Positions 46,901 through 57,668 of a stretch of DNA of 64,000 nt are shown piece by piece; the first letter of the stretch is position 1; the number at the start of each line of letters is the position of its first letter. The translations under genes and the position numbers were made by a program. Below the pieces are notes generated by a model. That model saw only the letters and a program-made list of their open reading frames with translations, had not been told where the DNA came from and ran no database searches. This DNA comes from Naegleria gruberi (Eukaryota): the NCBI GenBank assembly GCA_000004985.1, contig GG738845.1. The stretch is one strand, 5' to 3'.

Positions 46901-49900
46901 ATTATTCAGACTATTTTCCCTTTCTGATGAATTTTCTCAAATGACAGTCCGTCAAGAAGAAAAATTAGAATTATCAAAACTTATTCACAGTGTACCTATT
47001 CCTATTAAGGAATCTGCTGATGATCCATCCGCAAAGGTGAATGTGTTACTACAAGCCTACATTTCTAGGTTACGTTTGAATGGGTTTGCATTAATTGCTG
47101 ATATGACCTATATTACTCAGAGTGCTGCTCGTATTGCTAGAGCTTTATTTGAAATTATTATGCATAGAGGATGGGCTCAATTGGCATCAAAGGTTCTTAA
47201 TCTAGCTAAAATGATAGAACACAAGATGTGGTACACACAAACACCACTTAGACAATTCCCAAAGATTGAACAAACCATTCTTAAACAACTAGAGGGAAAG
47301 AACACTCTTTGGGAACGTCTTTATGACTATACTCCTGCAGAACTTGGCAGACTAGTTCACCATAATCAACGTGGAAAAGATTTATACAAGTATATCCATC
47401 AATTCCCTCGTCTTGATCTTACAGCAAGTGTCCAACCAATTACTCCAAGTACTTTAAGAATAGAGTTGACCATTTCTCCTGATTTCCAATATAACAAGAG
47501 TATTCATGGTGCAGCACAAACTTTTTGGATATTTGTAGAGGATGTAGATGGAGAAGTCATTTTACACCATGAATCATTTGTTTTAAAGCAAAAATATGCT
47601 GAAGAGAATCATTTTGTCAGTTTCACCGTTCCAATTTATGAACCGCTTCCTCCTCACTATTTTATCAAAGTAATTTCAGATAGATGGCTGCACTCTGAGC
47701 AAACACTTCCAATATCTTTTAGACATTTAATCTTACCACAAAAAGCTCCTCAAACAACAGAGTTATTAGATTTACCTCCTCTTGAAATATCTGCTCTCAA
47801 GAATGGTAAATATGAACAACTTTTATCAAATATGGGAGTATACAAATTTAATCCTATTCAAACACAAGTTTTTAGATCGGTTTATCACAGCGAGGATAGT
47901 GTTTTAATTGCTGCACCTGGTGGAAGCGGAAAGTCCTTGTGTGGAGTTCTTGCAATAATGAAAATGTTTAATGACCATGAAAATTCAAAGTGTGTGTACA
48001 TTGCTGCTATCCCATCTGTTGCCAATAAGAGAGAAAAGAAATGGATTTCTCTTTTTGAACAAATTGGCAAAAGAGTTGTAAATTTAACAGGAAATTTAGC
48101 CAAAGATATGATTTTATTCGAGCAAGGTGATATTATTATTTCCACTCCCGAACAATTTGATATGTTTTCAAGAAAGTGGAAGGCAAGAAAATCCTTATCC
48201 AATGTAAAATTGGTTGTGGCTGATGAGCTTCATATGATTGGTGGAGAAGTTGGTCCTATTATTGAAGTTGTTATTTCTAGGATTAGGTATATGTCTTCTC
48301 AATTAGAAACCAATATTAGAATTGTAGGACTAAGTGCTTCAATTTTAAATGCAAAGGATGTTGCAGACTGGATTGGTACCAAGAAGGAATGTTGCTTTAA
48401 TTTCCATCCAAGATATAGATCCATACCATTGGAAATCAATATTCAAGGATTTACTCAAAGCTCTTACAATGCCAGACAGGTAGCTATGAGTAAACCTGCG
48501 TATAAGGTAATTAAGCAAAAATCAGGAGGAGAACAAACAATTATATTTACATCTTCTCCAAAACAGGCATCTTTTATCTCATCTGATCTAATTGATCACT
48601 TGAGTAATGACATTAATTCCAAAATATTTGTTGGTGATAGTTCAGCAATTAATCATGCTATTGGTTCAGTTGACAGCTCTGCATTGAAAGAAGTACTAAC
48701 GTTTGGTATTGCTTTCTATCATGAAACTTTAACCAAAAATGACAAGCAAATTGTTGAGGAATTGTATTCTACAGGTGTTATCAAGGTGTTGGTAGTAACA
48801 CATCAAATGTGTTGGGGAATGGAGCAAAAATCAAAACTTGTAATCATTATGGGAACCGAATACTATAATGGCAAAGAACATAGATATACCGATTACTCTA
48901 TTATAGATATGGTACAAATGATGAGTAGGTCTGGTAGAATTGCAGTTGATAAGGACTCGACTTGTTACATTTTCTGTGCAGCCTCAAGAAAAGACTATCT
49001 GTTAAAATTCCTATATGAACCATTCCCAGTAGAATCCCATTTGGATCACTTCCTCTATGATCCTCTAAATGCTGAAATTTCTTCTAAAATTATTGAAAAT
49101 AAGCAAGGTGCTGTTGACTATTTGACTTGGACCTTTCTCTATAGAAGAATTCGTAAAAATCCTAATTATTACAATTTAAGTGGAACAACCAAGATACATT
49201 TATCAGACTATTTGTCCGAGTTGGTGGAATCTTCATTGGAAGAGTTGCAAAAATGTAACTGTATACTTGTTGAAGATGATGAGATAACAGCTATGAACTT
49301 GGGTACAATTGCTGCTCACTATTACGTAAAACATTCCACAATAGAAATTTACAGCACCACAATCAATAGTAAGACCAAGTTGAGAGGTTTATTAGAAGTT
49401 CTGGGTTATTCCACTGAATTTGAGCAATTACCAATTAGACAAAAGGAGAATCACATACTCAGAAAGCTTTTCACACACGCTCCGCTAAAGGTTGAAAAGC
49501 CAAACTATACCCAAGTGTCTACAAAGGTAAATTTGATACTTCAATCCCATTTTTCAAGAACAAGGCTCACACCAGCTATGGAAATGGATAAGAAACAAAT
49601 TCTTCTTCAGTCTGTAAAACTTTTAAGAGCTATGGTTGACGTTATCGGTAATGAAGGTTTTTTAACACCAGCCCTTGCAGCCATGGAAATGTCTCAAATG
49701 ATCACACAAGCATTATGGGATAAGGATCCATTTTTAATGCAATTACCTCATTTTACTAAAGAAATTTGTTCTAGATGTGAACAAGGTGGAATAATTACTA
49801 TTTTTGACTTGATTAACATGGAAGATGATGAAAGAAATCAATTACTTGGATTTGGTGAACAGCAAATGATAGATGTCGCTAAAGCACTCAATAGGTATCC

Positions 49901-50282
49901 GAATATTGAGCTTGCTCATGAAATTGTTACAGCAAATGAGGACATTACAACTAACTCTACAATTACCTTGGCTATTAGATTTGATGCTGATGATGTTGGA
50001 GATGAGCCAATTTATGCACCATATTTCCCAGAAGATAAGCTTGAAGAATGGTGGATTGTTATTGGTGATCATTTTAACAATGAAATCAAGTCGATCAAGC
50101 GATTGCCAATTAAACAATCGAGTGAGACTATGGTTAAATTTTTAGCACCATCTAAACCTGGAAAATATGAATTCAAACTTTATTTCATGTGTGATTCGTA
50201 TACTGGTTGTGATCAGGAATACCCAATTTCATTTACTGTCTTGGAAGGTGAGGATGATGATGAAATGGCAGATGAAAATTAA
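43956..50282 (+). CDS. BRR2: U5 snRNP 200-kDa helicase Brr2 (SNRNP200), 2108 aa, intronless.
   Basis: Two tandem Ski2-like helicase cassettes, each followed by a Sec63 unit. Cassette 1 has APTGAGKTNVA and DEIHLLHDERGPVLE; cassette 2 has APGGSGKSLCG and ADELHMIGGEVGPIIE. The size and K-rich N-terminus are typical of Brr2. Confidence 0.9.
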   Translation: MGKDDDEVTKFHGYDYRSNSNVVLTTKRKKRSQNQEPSGEPETLSGKDLHRMGDRVIHSKPPASAKKKKKQEQKLSFKKKQSILDINTSQEHYNPKTDETRTVYESILDKVQHYLGDVDHDTLRGAVDEILTIMHDENQSDHQKQEEVSQILSSIPSDEFAKLYQLCKRTTDFVVSDVVGDNYQGIDEGIALVSSDEEEDDETEGLNNQTVGYVVSSDSESDISDSEQPTIVESSKMEDEEEEDLDITTIDSLWLQKELSKYYSDSIECKKLSNGILDILSSSEDEHDIENQLVQILDYDKIDMVQKLMRNRLKIIYCTRLHQAATKEEKEKIEQEMMTNDSLVKILEKLKGTKISSGNTGTSRVERENYQWKGERVINLENLTFEEGSHLMSNRDFTLPSTASTAQFKGYEQITIPYSSQDKPRVDNLIEIKSLPEWSHKAFPNMVKLNAVQSIIFKSAFYSPENLLICAPTGAGKTNVAVLTMLHEIGLHMDESFDNLIDLDFKMIYIAPMKALVQEVVGNLSERLKPYNIVVQELTGDRNMTKQQIDETQIIVTTPEKWDIVTRKSGDRTYVEKVKLIIIDEIHLLHDERGPVLESIVARTIRQQESTRQNIRLVGLSATLPNYKDVATFLRVKPDNLFYFDSSFRPCPLDQYYIGVNEKKPFKRHKLMNEIVYNKVVEIAGKHQIIVFVHSRKDTYKTAKALRDMAIENDTIGKFVKQGSATSEILKEASQKDANGAELKELLSFGVGIHHAGMTRNDRTLVEDLFDDERLQVLVSTATLAWGVNLPARRVIIKGTQVYSPEKGDWTELSALDVMQMIGRAGRFPRDSRGEGLIVTTQSHLQYYLALLNQQLPIESQFIKSLPDNLNAEVVLGTVQNIDEAINWLGYTYLYVRMLRNPLLYGITKEDVEHDKNLYHWRRDLVYSAALILEKNGLIKFDKRSGDFQPTDLGRVASHYYVTHKSIATFNNNLKPNLSDIELFRLFSLSDEFSQMTVRQEEKLELSKLIHSVPIPIKESADDPSAKVNVLLQAYISRLRLNGFALIADMTYITQSAARIARALFEIIMHRGWAQLASKVLNLAKMIEHKMWYTQTPLRQFPKIEQTILKQLEGKNTLWERLYDYTPAELGRLVHHNQRGKDLYKYIHQFPRLDLTASVQPITPSTLRIELTISPDFQYNKSIHGAAQTFWIFVEDVDGEVILHHESFVLKQKYAEENHFVSFTVPIYEPLPPHYFIKVISDRWLHSEQTLPISFRHLILPQKAPQTTELLDLPPLEISALKNGKYEQLLSNMGVYKFNPIQTQVFRSVYHSEDSVLIAAPGGSGKSLCGVLAIMKMFNDHENSKCVYIAAIPSVANKREKKWISLFEQIGKRVVNLTGNLAKDMILFEQGDIIISTPEQFDMFSRKWKARKSLSNVKLVVADELHMIGGEVGPIIEVVISRIRYMSSQLETNIRIVGLSASILNAKDVADWIGTKKECCFNFHPRYRSIPLEINIQGFTQSSYNARQVAMSKPAYKVIKQKSGGEQTIIFTSSPKQASFISSDLIDHLSNDINSKIFVGDSSAINHAIGSVDSSALKEVLTFGIAFYHETLTKNDKQIVEELYSTGVIKVLVVTHQMCWGMEQKSKLVIIMGTEYYNGKEHRYTDYSIIDMVQMMSRSGRIAVDKDSTCYIFCAASRKDYLLKFLYEPFPVESHLDHFLYDPLNAEISSKIIENKQGAVDYLTWTFLYRRIRKNPNYYNLSGTTKIHLSDYLSELVESSLEELQKCNCILVEDDEITAMNLGTIAAHYYVKHSTIEIYSTTINSKTKLRGLLEVLGYSTEFEQLPIRQKENHILRKLFTHAPLKVEKPNYTQVSTKVNLILQSHFSRTRLTPAMEMDKKQILLQSVKLLRAMVDVIGNEGFLTPALAAMEMSQMITQALWDKDPFLMQLPHFTKEICSRCEQGGIITIFDLINMEDDERNQLLGFGEQQMIDVAKALNRYPNIELAHEIVTANEDITTNSTITLAIRFDADDVGDEPIYAPYFPEDKLEEWWIVIGDHFNNEIKSIKRLPIKQSSETMVKFLAPSKPGKYEFKLYFMCDSYTGCDQEYPISFTVLEGEDDDEMADEN

Positions 50283-50318
50283 TTAAAGGATCATTTAAAT
50301 TCATCGATTGATGTTTAT

Positions 50319-53300
50319 TTACATGTCGGGCGATTGTGCTGTTGAGGAAGAAGGTGACGAGGCTTGTTTGGAGATTGTAGTGGCAGTATTGTCGATTTGT
50401 TGGAGAGAAGTAAACTGGGAGTTTAAACTGGAACTTTGATGAAGATAAGGCATTGGAGGAGAATTAGAAGTAATATAAGTAGGATTAAGGTCAGCAGTGT
50501 TTTCATGGTTATCCATTCTTGTACTTTGCTCACCAGAAAACACTCGTTTTTGGAGAGTTATATGATCAAGAAACTTTTGCTGCTCTTTTAGTTTCCAATC
50601 AGACCTGAGAGAGTCAGTTGGATCCCACAATGAGGACACCCAACCTACTGAATATGGATTTGTAGTTGAAGGTCTATTTTCTTCTTCTCTTGTTTTTTCT
50701 GCCTTTGGCGTGTAGAACCTTTGTTCTGTGGTTGAGCTAGGAACGCTCTTCGTGTCTATGTCATCATAGATTGAGAAATCTTCTTGCATTTCAATATTCT
50801 CTTTTCTCAGGTTTGTTCTTGAGGTTGACCTTCTTGGGGGTGTTATTTGATCAACATCTTGCTCTTTCTCTCCGACTGAGGTCAAATCCATAAACTTTAA
50901 TTGTTCATTAAGAGTCATCTCTGCTTTTCTTATTCGTTCTGAAATAGCAGATATCTCTGCCTTCTCTGATCCTATTTGTTTTCTTGATTTTGTTATTTCT
51001 AATCGTTCCAATTCTAACATCTTCCTTTGATCTTGAAGTTGTTTTTCAAGAGATTTAAGATTCTTTTTTTCTGCAAGATAATTTCTATTGAGGGCTTCTG
51101 CTTCATCTCTCATTTTCTCTGTTTCTGCTTTTTCTTTCATCACTTCTTGGTACTTGAGAGTGACTTGCTCACTATCGGATTGTACTTGGATCAACCTTTG
51201 GGCTAAATGTTCATGCTGTTGATAGAAGGTTTCTTTTTCCTTAATAAGCACAGATTTCAATTCTTCAACATCTCTCCTTTCTCTATCAATGAGATCTCTC
51301 ATTTCTTTAATAAGTCTTCTTTCTTCCTCCAAGCTCTTCTTTTCAGAATTCACTTGGGATTCTCTTTCGAATAGTTCTTTCATTCTTGATGTGTGTTCAA
51401 TTCTGGCAGATTCACGTTCGGCTAATGCTTCTTTTTGTAGTCTTGACAACTTTGAACGTTCTTCTTGAGTATCCACAATAAACTGTTGCCTCTCTACAAT
51501 GAATCTAGCTTTATCTTCATCTAGTCTTTCTCTCATTTCATAAATTTCTCGCATCTTGGTTTCAAATTCTTTTTCATAGTTTTTCTTTTTTTCTTCTAAC
51601 TCTCGTTCCTTCTTTAGGGTTTGTAGTCTTTCATCTTCATAGTTCTTTTGAATCGATTTCATATTCGTTTCCATCTCTACGTATAGAACTTGAATTCTAG
51701 ATCTCTCGGTGGCCAATTCTTCCTTTTGTTTTTGATGGGATTTTTCAGTCTCGGAAATAAGTCTCTCTCTAACTACAAGGTGATCTTCTTTTTGTTTGAA
51801 GACTTTCATTTGATCCTCGTAGAGTCTATGGTGAAGAGTTTCTACTGAGTGAGCATTCACTTCTATTTTCTTAATGAGATCATTTAAAGATGATTCTACT
51901 TGAATGTTTTTCATCTTTTTATCGTATTCCTCCTTCAATATTCTTTTATGCTCCTCAACTTCCTCTTTTTGTCTTTGCTGGATGGCCATCTTTTCCATTT
52001 CATGAAGTTTATGAATCTGATCAATTTCCATTTGATTTCTTCTTTTCAAGTTTTCCATCTCGGTGGATATTGTTAAATCAGCTCTCTCTTTTTCTCTGAG
52101 TAATCTGGATGTAAATCCCTCTGAATCCTCTTGGATTTTCAGTTCTTTTTGTCTTACTTCTTCTTTTAACTGTTCAATTTTGAGATGAGATTTCTGAATT
52201 GTTGTTTCAAACTCTATTCTAACATTATTAACTGTTGCCTGTTTCTCTTGCTCGAAATTTAACTTCATCCTATGTATCATTTCTTCATGCTCTTGTTTTA
52301 ATTCATTGACAATATTTTTTTCTTTCAACTCGTATTCAAGTTGTTTTTTTGCATGTTCTTTGAGTTGAATTTCTTGTTGTTGGATGGTTTTTTGAAGGTC
52401 ATCTATTTGGGAAATCAACTTTGACCGTTCTTCTAGGAACTCTTGTTTTAATTCCATTTTTAGTAATCCAGAAATGTTTTCCAAATCTTCTTTTACCAAG
52501 CTCCGTTGTACAACATGTGGTGGATTGTCTATCCTTTTTGGAGAAGGAATTGGAAGTGATTTTTGGCGTGGAGAGGATGAAAGATCAGATAGTTTGATTG
52601 GTGATGAAGTCTTGTTGGAGGATGTATTTGAAGGTTGTTGTTGAATCTTGGTACTTTGTCTACTTTTAGGCACTTCCTCAGGATCAAGATAACTCAGCGA
52701 TTTTCTCCCATGTTCCTCCATTGGATCTGCAAAGTCAAAATCATCATCAAAAACTTCTTCCTCCTCAACAGTTTCTTCCATATGACCATCCTCAAAGTCA
52801 GTAAAGTTCTCTAGGTCTGTATCTTCAGCCCTAGGTTGCTCAATAGATCCTCTAAACGAATCATCAAAATCACTTTCAATAAAGTCCTCATCTTCTATTA
52901 TTTCCTCTTCAAAATCATTATTTTGTTTCTTTTGTCTGTTGTCACGTTCTCTTTTTTCTTTTTCTTCTCTTTCTCTCCTTTCCCTTATTTCTCTTTCTTT
53001 TCTCTCTTTTTCTTCACGTTCTCGTCTCTCTTTTTCGAGTCTTTCCTTTTCTTCTCGTTGCTTTTTTTCTTTAACTTCATTTTCTTCTCGTTGCTTTCTC
53101 TCCCTCTCTTCCCTTTCAATTTTTTCTTTTCTATCTCTTTCAATTTTTTCTTTTTCCTTCCTCTCTCTTTCCTTTTGCTCAAATTCTTCCCTTTCTCGTC
53201 TCTCCTGTTCCCTTTGTTTCCTTTCTCTTTCTTCTCTTTCCATTTTTTCTTTTCTATCTTGTTCTAATCTTTCTCTTTCTTGACGTTCCCTATCTTCTCT

Positions 53301-54197
53301 ATCTCTCCTCTCCTGATCTTCCCTCTGTTTTCTCTCTCTTTCTTCTCTTTCAATCTTTTCTTGCTCCCTTTCTTTTCTTTCCTTTTCCTCTTTTTCTTTG
53401 ATTTTCAAAATCTCTTTTTCTTGTTCTTCCATTAACTGATCATCATCAAAGTCGAAATCGTCCTCAATAGAAGATGGAGATTTTGATTTCTTTTTAGTTT
53501 TTTTCTCATTCTTAAAATCAGGAACAGTAAATCCAGAGGGCCTTTTGCTTGAGTTGGGTCGTTTTGATCTTGCAAAATCAAATGAGTAAGCATCTTGTTT
53601 ATCATTTTTTGGTGAAGGGGCTTTCTTCTTGTCCTTCTTTTTTGTTTCTTTTTTGGTTACCGGGTTGAAATCATCCAGGCCAAGCATTTCTCCAACTTCG
53701 TCATCATCAATATCTGAAAACTATCAAAATTATGATTAATACTCTTACAACAAAAAATAACATACACCAGATGTAGAAACATTCTCATCAGTATTTTCTG
53801 TATTGGTATTGGAATTTTTCTTTCCAAATAGATCCACATTAATCTTTGTTAATGATCCAGATGAGCTGGATGATGCATTACTTTTGGAAGATTTGTTTGA
53901 ATTTTTCCTAGAAACTTGATCTGAACTATTTTTCTTTCCTAATAAACCTCCAACAGATGTTAGATCATTTGTACTTTCCGATTCATCTTCACTGGCTGAG
54001 TCCCTTGTTGCTGAAAAGACTTCTCCAAAATCATTACTTCCAAGTATCATGTTAGATTTTCTTGTGTTGGTTGTATTTTTCTTGAATTTTGATCCAAGAT
54101 TAAAACCAAAATTAAAGTCATTGCTATCGTTAGACCCAGAGGAACTAATGGATGAACGTGATGATTTTCCTCTTGGCAGAGATGTCAATCCACTCAT
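50319..54197 (-). CDS. Long coiled-coil protein of about 1274 aa with an ER/K-repeat single-alpha-helix-like segment, S-rich termini and a myosin-tail-like heptad region. Join(53768..54197,50319..53713) on the minus strand.
   Basis: Exon 1 is ORF 53745-54230 from MSGLTSLPRGKSS (ATG at 54197). A 54-nt intron (gtgtatgt...ttttcag, plus 53714-53767) joins in phase 1 to DIDDDEVGEMLGLDDFNPV. This is followed by about 200 aa of near-pure E/R/K repeats (EREERERKQREDQERRDRE...), then about 600 aa of heptad coiled coil. Confidence 0.6.
52920..53420. repeat. Low-complexity CT-rich (coding-strand GA-rich) codon repeat tract encoding the ER/K segment.
   Basis: The plus strand is an almost pure ctcttt/cttttc/ctctc reiteration. 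Every reading frame of both strands is open here, which generates the spurious ORFs 52836-53267, 52939-53283 and 52985-53182. Confidence 0.7.
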
Positions 54198-54414
54198 TTT
54201 TTTATTGTTTTGGCGGGAAAAGTTGTACAAAATTTGGCGCTAAACCAATATTGTTAATCATGTTAATGATTGATTTGTTCTGATCTGAATTATTGACAGA
54301 AATAAGGGCCATAATTAATAACATATTCAAACTTAATTAAGGGTGACAATTCCAATTCATTTAGACTCCTTTTCCAACGGCCTTATTCTTACAACCTCAC
54401 TACCGCCAAAAAAA

Positions 54415-55470
54415 ATGAACAACAGGTTAAAGGATTTGAAGGTGTGTTTTAAAATATTAGGATTCATTAAATGGGAAATGTAAATTACATTAAATTTTCA
54501 CTTTTTAATACAGAAAAAAGCTCAAGGAAGAGCCGATGATCTTGATGAAATTGCCTTACAGGATAAATACGAACACGGAGACTTGGAAAGAGCTGAAGGT
54601 GGTTACTCCAACGGAAGGTTGATTCCAAAGGAATCAGAATTTGTTTCTGAATTTTTCAGTCAAGTCAGTGAGATTAAAACTAGAATTAATAAGATTGATG
54701 AAAATGCAACCTTAATGGAAAAACAATATAACAGCATCATAGCAGAAGTAAAGAAAGAAGCAAACACAAAAGCTTTTAAACAAAAAGTCACAGCCCTATC
54801 CGATGATATTGATGACGACATGAGATTTGTGAAGAGGAGTCTTGAAGAAATGGCTCAAACCAACAGAATTTTAGAAGAACATTCCGCAGAGAGGAGAATG
54901 AGAGAAAATCAACATGCATCACTCACACAGCTTTTCTTCACTGTTATGCAACGATTTAACGGAATTCAAGCAGCTTGTAAACAAAGATACAGAGATGATT
55001 TAATGCGAAATCTCAGAAATATTTATAGTGAAGATGAAAAGTCAGATGAAGAACTCAATGAAATGATAGAATCCGGTCAAATTCAAGAGGGAAATTTATA
55101 TGGAAAGTTTTTGTTAAAAAACTCAACACAAAACACTATCAAATCTACTTACAGTGAGATCAAGGAAACCCATGAAGATTTGAAACGACTGGAATTATCC
55201 ATGAGCGAACTTCAAGATATGTTCAGAGATTTGCACTCTCTTTTAATGATGCAACAAGATTTGATCGATAACATAGAAGACAATGTATTAAGAAGTGTTG
55301 ACTATACTGAAAAGGGTGTTAACAATATCAAGACTGCAAAGAAAGTGGCTGACAAGACCAGACATGCCAAGTGCTGTTTGTTTGTCATTGTAATTGTTGT
55401 CGCAATTGTTGTTATTTTGATTGTGGCTGGTGTTATTGGTATTTCTGTTCCTCTTTCTATATTGAAGTAG
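54415..55470 (+). CDS. Syntaxin (Qa-SNARE, plasma-membrane Sso1/syntaxin-1-like), about 327 aa, join(54415..54441,54514..55470).
   Basis: A 9-codon first exon (MNNRLKDLK) and a gtgtgt...aatacag intron (54442-54513). The spliced N-terminus MNNRLKDLKKKAQGRADDLDE resembles syntaxin-1 MKDRLAALKAAQSDDDD. It has an Habc region, a SNARE motif (...MFRDLHSLLMMQQDLIDNIEDNV...) and a C-terminal TM anchor LFVIVIVVAIVVILIVAGVIGI. Confidence 0.8.
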
Positions 55471-55749
55471 AACTTTTACTTGTAAATAAATGTAAAGAAT
55501 AAATTCATTCATTTCAAATTTTTTATGACAATCAGTATGATTGTTACTGGAAATTATCTGATTTACTGCACAAATTGAGATAGAAATATGGAGCAAATGC
55601 CAACCATGCTCGGGGATAAAGATTTAGATGACCTTGATGTACACAGTTTTATCATATCGCCACTTCTGGTTCGCATTCTTCTTCAATCACTTTCGCTACC
55701 CAACAACAAAATTGATTGAACAAATCTGTTGTGTTTTATTGAAGAAAAA

Positions 55750-57561
55750 ATGCGTAGATACATCACCAGTAATACCACACAAGTATTTACCAACTCTCTC
55801 CTCTCAAAAACGTGCGCTCAAAGACACTATTCCCAATCATCGAATTCGGAGAAGGCACCACTACCACCTAATTTTGAGTCAGCAATCATTAATGACAATA
55901 CTAAAGTCAATATTGAATCTCAGATAAATTCCGAAATATTAACTGAGAGGAAGTATCATGTTATTCCATCCATCTTTGAACAATATGGAACACCTCGTCC
56001 TCCAACTTTTTCACTCATTCATCAATATAACTCGGATTCTAAACATTTGGACTTTTCTACAACATCAGAAGTAACAGCAAGTTTGCCAAACATTGAAAAA
56101 ACCTACCCGGATTCTCATCTCATAGAATATTACTCGAAACATAATGCACAACTGAAATCTGTTCAATTGAAAGATAATGTTGTTGACAGTCAACCATATT
56201 ACAGATTATCTGCATTTAATTATGGATCTGTAAGATACAGTTTATTAAGATCAGGATTTAAACGTGTTGGAAAGGATGTTCCAGTTGTTGAAAGAGGATA
56301 TTTAAAACTTTCAGAACAAGATCAAGAAAAGAGATTTGAAAGTTTTGTTAACGAACCATTTTCAATTTACTGGGGTAGACACTTACCAGCTCATTTCTAT
56401 CAGCATTTAAATCATTTCCAAAGAGTGAACCACTTTCCTGGATCAACTAATTTGGGTAGAAAGGATCTATTGTTTATCAATTTATTCAGACAAAAACAAT
56501 TGTCAGGTGATTCAGAATATGGTTTCTTTCCTGACAGCTTTTTACTTCCTTATGATTATAAGGTTTTTCAACAAAGATGTAAAGAGCAGGATTTATTTAT
56601 CCTTAAACCTTTTGCAAGCAGTTGTGGTCGTGGTATAAGTGTGTATAATACCAAGAAACATGCACCACTCCCAGAAGATAAACGTATACTCGTACAGGAA
56701 TACATCGCTAACCCTCTACTGATAGCAGGAAAGAAATTTGATATGAGATTATATGTTTTAGTTTCATCATATGATCCGCTTCGTGTATATCTTCATTGTG
56801 ATGGTTTGGCACGTTTTGCCACTGAGGAATATGACATGTCAAGACTAGATTCTGTTTTTTCCCATCTCACTAACTATTCCATCAATAAGAAATCAGATAA
56901 TTTCGTAAGAAATGATGAAGAATGTGAGGATGAGGAAGATGGTTGGAATGAACATGCTCACAAGTGGAGTATTCCATCTTTAAAAACCTATTTGGCTCGT
57001 AATGGATATCCAGTTGATAAAATTTGGGGTGATATTGAAGGTCTCATTGTAAAGACATTAATTTCTGTTGAGAATAGAATTCGTGGCACATGTGAAAAGG
57101 TTCAAATGCCATCAAAGAACAATTGTTTCGAGATTTATGGATTTGATGTTATGTTAGATGGAGATCTTAAACCATGGCTTATTGAAGTTAACATTATGCC
57201 ATCACTTGCTGTTTCTTCAGTATTGGATAAGAGAGTCAAAGTAGATGTTTTAAGCGAGTCGTTCCATATTTTAGGAATGATTCCTCATTCTCGAGCCAAT
57301 TATGAGCAAGAAAAGAAGACTAAACTGAACTATTACGGAGAGTCTGTAAGTGCCAAAGAAAAGTACATTCTTCATGATAGCGAAGATGAACTGTCCAGAT
57401 TGCACAACTTTAAGAGAATCTATCCGCCTGTTGATGGTAACCCAGCCAGATATGAACATTTATTCCAAGAACATGTCGAATCTAACAAGGTACTCATAGA
57501 TTTTGAAAAGGAAAAAAGAACAACAACAAATATTGAATCCCTTCACAAACTGATTGCATAA
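55750..57561 (+). CDS. TTLL: Tubulin-tyrosine-ligase-like (TTLL) polyglutamylase-type enzyme, about 603 aa.
   Basis: TTL-domain motifs are present: QRVNHFPGSTNLGRKDLL; FILKPFASSCGRGISVY; ILVQEYIANPLLIAGKKFDMRLYVLVSSYDPLRVYLHCDGLARFATEEY; HLTNYSINKKSDNF; and CFEIYGFDVMLDGDLKPWLIEVNIMPSL. ORF 55729-57561 is taken from the first ATG, MRRYITS. Confidence 0.8.
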   Translation: MRRYITSNTTQVFTNSLLSKTCAQRHYSQSSNSEKAPLPPNFESAIINDNTKVNIESQINSEILTERKYHVIPSIFEQYGTPRPPTFSLIHQYNSDSKHLDFSTTSEVTASLPNIEKTYPDSHLIEYYSKHNAQLKSVQLKDNVVDSQPYYRLSAFNYGSVRYSLLRSGFKRVGKDVPVVERGYLKLSEQDQEKRFESFVNEPFSIYWGRHLPAHFYQHLNHFQRVNHFPGSTNLGRKDLLFINLFRQKQLSGDSEYGFFPDSFLLPYDYKVFQQRCKEQDLFILKPFASSCGRGISVYNTKKHAPLPEDKRILVQEYIANPLLIAGKKFDMRLYVLVSSYDPLRVYLHCDGLARFATEEYDMSRLDSVFSHLTNYSINKKSDNFVRNDEECEDEEDGWNEHAHKWSIPSLKTYLARNGYPVDKIWGDIEGLIVKTLISVENRIRGTCEKVQMPSKNNCFEIYGFDVMLDGDLKPWLIEVNIMPSLAVSSVLDKRVKVDVLSESFHILGMIPHSRANYEQEKKTKLNYYGESVSAKEKYILHDSEDELSRLHNFKRIYPPVDGNPARYEHLFQEHVESNKVLIDFEKEKRTTTNIESLHKLIA

Positions 57562-57668
57562 ATGAATTTTTATTTGTTTAATTATTCTTCTTGTATTTTG
57601 GCGCCAAAACTTGTACAATTTATTTAGCCTTCTTCCGCCAATTTTTGCAACAACAGAAAAAAAACATC

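Noticed and set aside
52836-53283. Three overlapping ORFs (52836-53267 +, 52939-53283 +, 52985-53182 -) in the CT-rich tract.
   Set aside because: They are artefacts of a repeat that is open in all six frames. Only the minus-strand ER/K frame is continuous with the flanking exons of the 1274-aa gene.
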